Part shown: positions 11,838-21,451 of the stretch, piece by piece
Layout: each line of letters starts with the position of its first letter
Position numbering within the stretch: position 1 is the first letter of the stretch
Source: Mizuhopecten yessoensis
Lineage: Eukaryota
Length of the DNA: 64,000 nt
NCBI RefSeq assembly: GCF_002113885.1
Contig: NW_018407519.1
Location: 855,262 to 919,261, forward strand
Direction: 5' to 3'
Made by a program: the position numbers and the translations under genes
The notes under the pieces: model-generated
Database searches by the model: none
What the model was told of the DNA's origin: nothing
The model's input: the letters and a program-made list of their open reading frames with translations, nothing else

Positions 11838-14800
11838 CTGCCAAAGAAAAAGATTTCATGAATAAAATGAAATATTAATTGCATCAAAAATAATTTCAGC
11901 ATCTCAATCTATAGATAACATCTATGTTAGGGGAGTTCCATTTCACTAGCCTGACCCCAACAGCTAACAGATTTTATAAGCAAGAGCTTGTGTTAAGTTT
12001 CAATGTTTGCCATGAACATATAAGTAGGGCTAGCTAGTACAAAGCTTTAAGATCTGCCTGTGGGCTAGTAATAATTTTACACCCCTATACCAGAGTTTGT
12101 GGAAAGATTTATGTAACACAACCAATAGGTGTTTCTATGCGACGTTCCGATGATAAGGCCAAAAAAAATTGACAACTTGGTTCTCAGGCCCGCACACATT
12201 TCATGGCACCGTGCGCATTGCCGATTTTATCGTGAAAGTAATAAAAAAAAATGTGAATGCGCCAGCCGCCATCTTTAAAACAAGAGGCCCGGAGGGCCTG
12301 TATCACTCACCTGGATACCTAAGCAATCATGGCAAACTAATCTCCAAATGAGATCAAGGGAATATGCCAGACCCCAAGGCCAATCCTTGTAGCATAGTTA
12401 TATTAGATTTTTCATGACCAGCAATTTTATGAATGGTTATGGGGTGGGGATCTCAACTGTTTCCAAGCTTCGACTCAGAAACTAGGGCCCTAGAGTTGTG
12501 GCCAGACCCCAGGATCGATTCTAATATCGTGACTGCATTTGTCTCTTTTTGCCAAGCATTTGTATATATAGTTCTGGGTTGGGGATCTCAACCGTTTCAA
12601 AGTTATGACCCAGGGGCCAAGTCTGCAAGGGTGGGGCAGACCCTGGGATCAATTCTAATATCATGACTGCATTCGTCTCTTTATGCCCAACAATTGTACA
12701 ATTTTGAATCCCTGCCTCCCATGAATACTTCCGACCAAATGTGATCAATATCCATGGCATAGTTCTGCAGAAGAAGTCATTTATAGCAAAATAACCAAGT
12801 TGCCCCCTTTTGGCCCCGCCCCTTAGCCCCCTGGGGAGTCAGCCTCACCATTTGTACAATTTTTAATCACCACTACCTAGGGATGCTTCCAATCAAATAT
12901 GGTTGATATCCATTTCTTGGTTCCAGAGAAGAAGTCACTTAAAGCAGTATAGCCAAGTACCCTTTTTGGCCCTGCCCCTCAGCCCCCTGGGGGGTCAGCC
13001 ACACCATTTGTACAATTTTAAATCCCTGCCTCCCAGGAATGCTTTTGATCAAATATGATTGATATCCAGTGCACAGTTCTACAGAAGTTTGAAGCAGTAT
13101 AGCCAAATTGCCCCTTTTTGGCCCCGCCCCTCAGCCCCCTGGGGAGTCAGCCCCACCATTTGTACAATTTTTAATCACCACCACCTAGGGATGCTTCCAG
13201 TCAAATATGGTTGATATCCACTTCTTAGTTCCAGAGAAGAAGTCGCTTAAAGTAATATGGGCAAATTGACCCCTTTTGGCTCCGCCCCTCAGCCCCACTA
13301 TTTGTACAATTTTGAATCCCCACCACCTAGGGATGCTTCCAGTCAAATTTAGTTTAATTCCAACCAGTGGTTAAGAAGAAGAAGTCGTTTAAAGAAATTG
13401 TTGACGCACGGACGCCAAAAGCTCCTTCGGACCAGGTGAGCTAAAAATCCGGAAAATTGGTCCGTATGTTGTTTTTACTCGTTAGTCACCCAAGTCCCGA
13501 AAACGTTTGAATAAAGATAAGGATTGAGATACAGGCAAGTGTTAAAATGATTATGACTTATTAGTCTTGTGTACAAATGATGCTCATTTCGGTACAAATA
13601 CGGAATGGGGGGTTCGTGATTCTCGTCTGGAACATTGTGGGGGGATTTTTTCGGAGGCTTGCTCTATGACGGGTCTCTACTCAACTATAAAAAGACAAGG
13701 TAATGCCCACAATGAACGTTTTCCAAACTACACAATAAAAAAAAAATTGCCCTCGTCTTGTTTTTGCCATGTAAAATGAAAAAAAAATATACCGCCCTGC
13801 CGCATCTATTTTGAAAACAATTGGCCTGAGAACCAAGTAATTAATTTTATTTGGCCTTAGTACGGCATGTACTCTGTCACCTTCATCAGACAAATGACCA
13901 GTGAAGCGCATGTACACAAAGGTGTTAAATATGTACAAGTTGTCCATGCAAATCGATGTTGATTCGGCTACGTTGTAAGTGTATAAACAATTTGTTGCTA
14001 TATATGTACTGAAATGACTCAATTTTCGGCTACGTTTTGTTTAATATTTGGTCATAGATGTGCGAGAGTCTATGGTCATTTGTCTGATGAAGGTGACAGA
14101 GTACATACCATACCAGTCATCGAAACGTCACAAAGAAACACTTATTGGTTGTGTTACATGAAACGCTTCACAATCCATAATTACCAACCTGAGGAAAATG
14201 TTTAGAATTAGGTGATCTATATTTTTTCTAATAGTTCTGTGCTACTTTATTGAAAAAAAAAGGTTAAATACACATGACACTTTGGGTTCTGACACAAGAA
14301 GAAGCACATTTATAACACTGTAACATACTGTACATACCTGCTCCCTCGGGAGACTCGTCATCAGGAAGCATATCTTTGCCCATCTTCTCTGCATAATCTG
14401 CGGAGTACCACACTTTCAGCTCCGTGTTAGATGGAATTGGCTGTAAACATCACAAAAGCATTTATATTAAAGACCATTTTTTTTCTATTTTCTCTATTGT
14501 GAAAGTTTGGGTTTTTAACCCTTTCACCACCGTAGACCATAATGGACTCATTCAGATCAATGCATGGTAAAGTCTACTAAAGTTACCTAGGGTTGAAAGG
14601 GTTAAAAAGAGCATCTAGTGATTTACAAAATACTAAATATTAAGGTATTGGTAGTAAAAATATTTTTTACGTAACAAACCAAATATAAATTTATAAAATC
14701 ATTGACAGCAATCTGCAAGAAATAACTTTGCTGTCAAAAGACAAACTTGTATGATTAGGTTTCACCTAAAGTGAGATCAGTAGTACTGTAGTCAACTAGT

Positions 14801-17800
14801 TATGTTGAGTAGGGCAGAATAAATTGAAATTAATTAAACTTCTTGAATAATTTGAGAAATTCAAGCCTGATTCATGACAAATCCAGGTCCCTTGTAATTA
14901 TGTGGGACCTAACTGTACAATGCAATTAAACTGGACTCTCTATAAAAAATCTACAAAATCTAATAATGTATTATGTATTATGGGTTTTAGCTTTACAGAC
15001 AACTACACAGAAAAACAAACATGTTGATAAACACACGACTAGTTGAACTAGTTAATTGAAACTTCATCGATGTTTGGTGCAATTTTAATTTTCAATGTGA
15101 GTGCTCCAGATGATGTATGATGTAGTTTGACGATACATTTTTCTATACTTAAAGCACCATTTTCAGAAAAATAAAACACTTTTTCCTATCATGATATGAA
15201 CATGTTTATCATAATACATTCTTTCTACATAGCAATATAATATATCACGCTACGTACACACTAGATATATCATAACCCCGCTAACAGATACATTATACCA
15301 AGAACTAAAACATCATATACCTTTGTAGAAACATAAAATATGTAGTCCTGGAACTGGTAAGCCACTAGGTTTTGTTCAGAAGCTGTTTTCGCTGGCCGGA
15401 TAAACATCATCCAGTTGCACTTATCCTCGTCAGTAAAGTCAAGGGTATCCACATAACCATCTTCCCTAAACACCTGATCAAAATTTCAAAAAGTTGAACA
15501 ATTAAACACATAATTTCTACTTAGACATGAACAGAACTTTAATAACATCAATAGTACCCATCAAGTTTTAATATCAATCAATATAAGTGGGGATTTTCCC
15601 CACAATGAATATGCGAAAATAAATAATGATTTTCAAGTCACAGTATTCTGTACATATAATACTATATCTCGTGTGTACCTTTTTATTATGTAACAATATA
15701 ATATTGAAGTAAGGGCAATTCATTTTAAAAGGTGGATCCTAAGCATATCATCAGTAATATTAAATGGTTAGAAACATAAAACCTTTGAAGTGATTTGTTT
15801 TTTTAGATTTTGCTGTTTCAATTTGATAAGGAAATGGTGTCTGACAACATGAACCCTTTTTTTCGTTGTTTTAAAATCAAAGTACTGAGCAGACTCTGAG
15901 TTGATAAATTTTTATCTATAAGAAACCTTAAGTCATAAATTTATCTTCGTATGGTTGTACAGGATAAAAGTTGGAATTGATGATAACAGTATAAAATACG
16001 CTATAAAAATATAAACCATAATCATTACATATGTACATTCTGTAATTACTGAATATACAGAGAATTACTGTACAATACCTTGAGTTCATACTCTTGTTCA
16101 GCTGCAGTGTTGACTATGATTGGAGGCACCTCAGCAGTATCTGCCTGTTTGCCTGTGGAGTCCTGTGTTTTTGTCTGGTCTCCTTCAGTCTGGGATGCCT
16201 GTAACTCCTTGGTATTGTCCCCGTCAGGACCTACCTCTGCCGGCTGTTGTTGCAGCATCATATCATCAGGTTGTAGCACCATCTCACCCGACTGTTGTGA
16301 TATTAGCTGTGTGGACTGGTGTTGTGGTAGTAACTCATCAGCTGGATTCTGTTGTAATAATTCACCCGACTGGTGTTGCAACAGTTCACTAGCTTGGTGT
16401 GGCATCAACTCACTTGACTGTTGTTGGATCAAGCCTGGTATAGAGTTTGTGTTTGTCCTGTGAGGTCCTGACAAAACCTCCCCTGTTGCAGGGTTCACCA
16501 GAAGGCTGTCACCCGTTGCTGTCACGGTTAAGCCCTCTGTCAACTGGTTCTGTGTGGGCCCCAGGGTTAAGCTATCATTGACAAGCATCTGTGTTGATAC
16601 CAGACCATGTAGGGTATTTACAGGCACAACCACCACTCGCCCCTCACTGTCTACAGTAACGCGGGTCTCAAATGACTGGTTTGGTATCTGAGTCAGCTGC
16701 TGCTCAGCTGACTGACTTAGACCTGCATTGGAAGATAGACCGTCAGTCACTGGCAAACCTGCCTCGATCGATGTTTGCAGGTTCAACTCTGATCCATACT
16801 GTGTTTGATTGGCCAACATATCGCCACCACTATTAAATGATGGGAGGGCATTGGCAACATCTGTGAGTGAGTTGGCTGTGGACAGATAACACTGCAGACT
16901 TTGTGTGACCTCTGCATCAGAGAAGGATCCTGCCTGTAGTGTCTGGGAGCTAGACACACCTACCTGTACAATCTGCTGATTGCTCTGATTGTCAGATACT
17001 ATCCCCTCAAAAAGGTCTCCGTCCACCAGCACCTTGTGACCTACAACAGTGCCAGTATCAAAGTTTTGTTGAGACTCTAGCGGAGTCATTTCTGCAGGTA
17101 AGCTTATAGGGGTTTCTACCTTTTGTTCCAAACTGGCTCTAGATAGCTCAGTCACTACTTCTTCATTGCTTGTTATTTCCTTCTCCTTTGATTTTTTTTC
17201 TTCTTGTTCAGTTTTCTCCTTTTTTGGTTTGGCTTTCTCAGTCGATACAACTTTTGCCATGAAAGGCCCAAACTGTGACTTTACTTGAACAATCCTTTTG
17301 GCTAACACACCATATCCTGTAAAGGTATCATATGTCAAAATTTTTTAAGTATTGATTTAACAGAGATTGTTATACAAGTTTCCCAAACTGGGCAAAAATA
17401 TATAAACCATATATCAGCATTAGCGTAACATTGCTTTTATCATTTACATGTATATGGGATAGAAATATCTCACCTTAAGGTACCTTTTTTGAACCCAAAT
17501 TATGTACCCAAAAGTGAAATGATTTCTATGCTACATAACTTGCATATTATAAAGTAGTTTACTCTTAAATCACTTACCATTGTATTTTATTGATATGTGT
17601 CAACTAATTAAATATTGAACTGATTTTCAAATTATCTAAGTTCTAACTCATTGGAAAGAGTGCAACAGTTTGGTTTTACCGTTTATAATGAAAGTATGAA
17701 GTCTGAATTATACATAACATGTAATAAATGTGGTAGACATATTTAAAAGAAAATAATATTAAGAAAAATGACCTCATCTCATTGTCTTTGAATTATGAAT

Positions 17801-19535
17801 ATATGATATCATGCCCCATGATAGAACTTTCCTACTTGGCTTTCCATTTCTGGAAATGTCTTATATCACATTGCATATTTACAACTAATGAACTATGTAA
17901 GAAAAATGTCACTTGAATCTCACATTGTCAATAATGCTTTTCAAAAAGCAAAATAACAAATAAACTTGTATCACAATATAACATTATCTTTTTGTATGTC
18001 TATATAGATCTGAAAGTTGTAAGCCATCTACGGTGTTAGTGCACACATGAATTTTGAATAACTTGTCAGATCATGAGCATCAACTATCATCATACTTACT
18101 TAGTTTTCCATCCTGTGTTTTGACTGGCTTAATGACAAGCCCTTGAGGAAGCGTCAGTCTGGCTCGGGAGGGAATGACATTGTCATACACTTGGTGGAAA
18201 CCACCATGCTTCCTGCACATCCCAGGTACACTCTTACTGCATTCAGAGCACCCTGTGTGTAACATTGAAAAAATAATGTTTAAATATAATTGGTACATTG
18301 TACTATCTAGATTTATAAATTATTGAATTTAAACATTATTGGCATCAACCATAGAATTAATGTATGTTTAGAAATTAAAGAAGCAATACTTCAATCAAAT
18401 TTAATGTCCTTCTTGTGAATTAACAAGCATTATGTTTAAAATCAAAGAGGAACAGTTCAATTGTGTTTTTACACTCTAAAGGATTAGGGGAGTTGAGGGT
18501 CATTTCTGGCCTCATCAGGGATTTAGAATTAGTTGTTATATTCGTTATCTGGAATAAATGAAGTACGCAAATATGAAATTTAAAATTCATTCAACAACTG
18601 GTTTAGGAGCTCGAGATATGGCATTACAAAGAGAGACATAAACCCGCATTTTCGCAAAAAAAATGTCTCTTGTGCGCTATTTTGTTGGAAATTGGCCATT
18701 TTGAAGGAAATAAACTAAACATTCTTTAATTTTTGAAAGCCTCTGCATCCAACAAACTAAATATTTGACATTCTTACCCATTGTCATACTATGTCAATGT
18801 CCATTTGTAGAAAAGATTTTTTGTTCGTCACATGCAGAGGCTTATTTGGCTATTTCTGCATAGCAATGCAATTTTGTTGCTAGGATAGGGATATACGCAT
18901 GCCCATTGGAAGCAAATCTTCACCAAGAAAGCACTTATTATTCAATATGATGTTTATAACGGAACTTGGTAAATAAATTTTATTTGTATTTGTTTTCTTC
19001 TTGTTATTATGAGCCAAAAATGACCCAAGTCCTTTCAGGGAACATATATGTTATTTGACTGCTAAATAGCAAGGGACAACTGAAATTCCTTGTTAAATTG
19101 ATACATACGTACACTTGCACTTTAGATTGGTGTTACAAGTCACTGTAGGCAATGACATTGATATGGACATATTTACCAATACACTTGTAGTTAGTATAAA
19201 TAAAATGTAGCAGTGCGAGACAATTGAATTACATTAGTAACATGTCAGTCCATATGAAATTGATTCAGCCTAATTAATAACCCTTTACAGAACTGAAAAG
19301 TAATTACGGTTGGTTTTTTACCTTCTCTTAGTTTGACCAAAGTTGTTCATGGTTTTTTTCAGGTTTATTTTAACTGAGTTAAATAGAACTTTACTGAACA
19401 TGTCTTATTAGATCTGGCATGTTTATATAATTACCAGAGCATTATATCATTGTTAATATATGCCACGAAAACAGACTGGAGACCAGAGAACTCTGTGATT
19501 CAATACTTACAAAAGTCATCTTTTTTCGATGACAT
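9841..19535 (-). CDS. PLAG1: PR/SET-domain PLAG-family zinc-finger transcription factor, 1222 aa; complement(join(9841..11837,14338..14440,15321..15473,16079..17316,18100..18252,19511..19535))
   Basis: All five introns are GT-AG with compatible phases (1,1,0,0,1), giving a 3669-nt CDS. N-terminal zinc knuckle and PR domain resemble PRDM10/15. Seven C2H2 fingers carry PLAG signatures ([48 protein letters not shown]). The symbol indicates the family: a likely co-orthologue of PLAG1/PLAGL1/PLAGL2. Confidence 0.88.
12156..13857. mobile_element. Non-autonomous TIR DNA transposon (~35-bp TIR, TA target duplication) nested in the outer MITE
   Basis: TA|AGGCCAAAAAAAATTGACAACTTGGTTCTCAGGCC ... GGCCTGAGAACCAAGTAATTAATTTTATTTGGCCT|TA. 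Confidence 0.8.
12277..13447 (-). mobile_element. HINE/pearl (Helentron-associated) non-autonomous element with internal ~155-bp tandem repeats
   Basis: Minus-strand start TTTTTAGCTCACCTGG; CTCACCTG/CAGGTGAG subterminal IR; terminal AGGCCC...GGGCCT palindrome plus CTTGTTTT; ~4.5 internal repeats at 12690-13390; inserted in an A/T run. Confidence 0.75.
14338..14440 (-). CDS. PLAG1: PR-PLAG coding exon 5: C-terminal end of the PR/SET domain
   Basis: tttacag|PIPSNTELKVWYSADYAEKMGKDMLPDDESPEGA|gtatgt; ELxVWY is the PR-domain C-terminal motif; absent from the ORF track. Confidence 0.92.
14519..14601. mobile_element. 83-bp piggyBac-type MITE
   Basis: TTAA|CCCTTTCA ... TGAAAGGG|TTAA: CCC/GGG termini and TTAA target duplication. 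Confidence 0.7.
15321..15473 (-). CDS. PLAG1: PR-PLAG coding exon 4: core of the PR/SET domain
   Basis: VFREDGYVDTLDFTDEDKCNWMMFIRPAKTASEQNLVAYQFQDYIFYVSTK; NWMxF..EQNL motifs; flanked by AG and GT. Confidence 0.95.
16079..17316 (-). CDS. PLAG1: PR-PLAG coding exon 3: PR N-terminal strands (GVLAKR..QFGPF), ~390-aa low-complexity insert, then YELK
   Basis: ORF 16046..17338; acceptor ctttacag|GA, donor AAG|gtattg; 1238 nt of open frame. Confidence 0.85.
18100..18252 (-). CDS. PLAG1: PR-PLAG coding exon 2: PRDM zinc knuckle and pre-PR region
   Basis: (W)CSECSKSVPGMCRKHGGFHQVYDNVIPSRARLTLPQGLVIK resembles recalled PRDM15 WCEDC..ECPELG..VKDSFVLSRARSSLP; acacacag| acceptor and |gtaagt donor. Confidence 0.92.
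18489..19032. mobile_element. Old degenerate TIR MITE
   Basis: GGAGTTGAGGGTCATTTCTGGCCTCAT vs reverse complement of ATGAGCCAAAAATGACCCAAGTCC. Confidence 0.45.
19511..19535 (-). CDS. PLAG1: PR-PLAG first coding exon (MSSKKDDF+T); exon spans 19511-19560
   Basis: Acceptor tatatttcag at 19561, ATG at 19535, donor gtaagt. T+GG across the intron gives the conserved knuckle Trp. Confidence 0.8.
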
Positions 19536-21333
19536 ATTGAAGACTTCCAGGATGGAAAAGCTGAAATATAAAATTGAAGAAATTCTTTGAAATGAAACTA
19601 TAATATGTATACAAATTATGAAAAAGGGAGGGGGGACTGGGACACAGTTTCTCTAATTAATTGCCCCCCTTCCTCATCTCCCCTTCCTTTAAAAACAATC
19701 TTGGACAAAATCCGAAAACATCAATATTAATCAATTTATTGTGGTATTTCCAGTATAATTCCTGGGCTAGATAGATGAGATGTCCATAATTTCAAACCAA
19801 CCAACCTCGCAGAGTTGGTAGGAAGCGGCTAGTATTTTACCAGGGCGACATGCATCCAGAACATCAGAAACTTCTCAATATCTTGGAAGCATGTGTACAA
19901 ATGTACTTGAATAACAGTTCCATTGTCAACAGATTATTAGGTATTTTAAGGTTTATTAGGAAACTAATTTGACTATAGATCTATATAGCTATAAGTGGGC
20001 TTTATTGGAGCAATCTATAAATCTTCAGACATAATCAATGATTCTTATGGACTCCTACATCTACTTCCAGCAGTCCCTCAGTGCAACCTGTCAGTTGAGC
20101 TAAATACAGGTGAAGTAGACATTTCTGGCTTCAATTTGAATACAATAGTTTACAATGGACTGTGTTCAAACTGGACACCTCTGGGACTACAATATACAAG
20201 AATATCCAGTTTGCAGAGATAGAGTTTCATATTGTGGAGTCTAGCTGACTCAAGGATCTATAAAAATGAACAAAAGAAGCAGAACAAATGATCTGGAAAA
20301 CAAGTCAGAAATGGAGTTTGATTAAGAGAGTACATTCACCCACTTTTTATTTGTAAGATTTTTAATGTGAACATGATATCATAAGGTTGTGGACCAAGGT
20401 GTTTTCTATAATGATGCTAATTACACTATCACAATAAGTATAAAACAACTTCATTTTTACTTTTCATTAATTATATATAAAGTTACTACAAATATTCATC
20501 ATCAGCACATGCACGCACAGTATCCAGAGACAGTAATCGCTTCCTCCTTTGAGATTCGTCACTTAATACAGAAAGAAGACGAAGATCATAAAACAAAAAC
20601 ACACCTTTTGTGACCTAACAAAAAGTAACACGATAGATATAAATCCAATTTTCATGTGATCAGTGATATAATCACTTCCTTTTCTCAGAAAATACAAAGG
20701 AGTCTTGTTAAGAGTGTCAATACAATAGCAATGCTACAGTATATATCCTGTATAAACTATGAGGCTTCACCAACAGCTTGGACTGGACTGCAATAAACAG
20801 CACTGTCCCAGATTTTGGAACGTTTGTGTACGGTTATCCAGATTTCTTGATATTTGAAAATTTCATGCAGGATTGATTGAAATTAATTGGACATTTCAAT
20901 TGGTAGAAAAACGACATTTGAGAATCAGAATGACCGACTTGGTTACAATACAGAATGCATACTGTAGCCGTGTTTCGCGTTAGATCAAGGCTCTCAATTT
21001 TATATGGCAAATTGATTTGTCATCGCAGAAATTTTTTAATCGACAACACGTATTATACCCATCACATACTATGTTTTGTGGTAGTGTTTGGCCCCATTTA
21101 AATCTCAGATCAATCCTTTATGCAATACACACATATTCGTAACCACACACTACAGTTAGTTTTGGAAATGAATCCACTCTCGCGGCGCATAGTGCTCTTG
21201 AGGCACCAGGGAGGGGTCAGGGCCCACACCAGGAAAATGACATCCTGTAAATTAATGTAACAGCCAAATAACAGTTAATGCAAGCATAAGGCATCCATTA
21301 TCAAACAAGCAGAATCCATTAACGAAATCTTAC

Positions 21334-21451
21334 CGTCCTTATTTGTGTATTTGATAAAAATCTTCAAAAATTAGGACAAAGAATAATTTAGTCCCGTTGG
21401 TAGCCATTACCGCAATGCATGATGGTATCGGACGTTCGTGACGTAGCTGTC
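21334..21451. promoter_or_regulatory. Compact bidirectional promoter/5' region shared by PR-PLAG (non-coding exon 1, donor ACG|GTAAGA at 21334) and CHCHD7 (ATG 21452)
   Basis: Divergent genes; locally CpG-rich; Staf/ZNF143-like site at 21410-21428 and CRE-like TGACGT at 21439-21444. Confidence 0.65.

Larger units (their letters stand above)
12111..14159. mobile_element. Outer foldback MITE with ~85-bp TIRs; left TIR split by a nested insertion
   Basis: 12111-12153 is the reverse complement of 14117-14159 (4 mismatches); 13867-13900 is the perfect reverse complement of 14073-14106. Confidence 0.8.

Noticed and set aside
10061-16463. Plus-strand ORFs overlapping the PR-PLAG exons
   Set aside because: Antisense shadows of real coding exons, with no independent signals.
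9841-19535. Calling the gene simply PRDM10 or PRDM15, or treating the ORF-track pieces as separate genes
   Set aside because: The finger array is PLAG-type and CHCHD7 synteny supports PLAG. ORF-track starts and ends (11859, 17338, 18298, 16046, 15270) run into introns, while the splice phases join all pieces.
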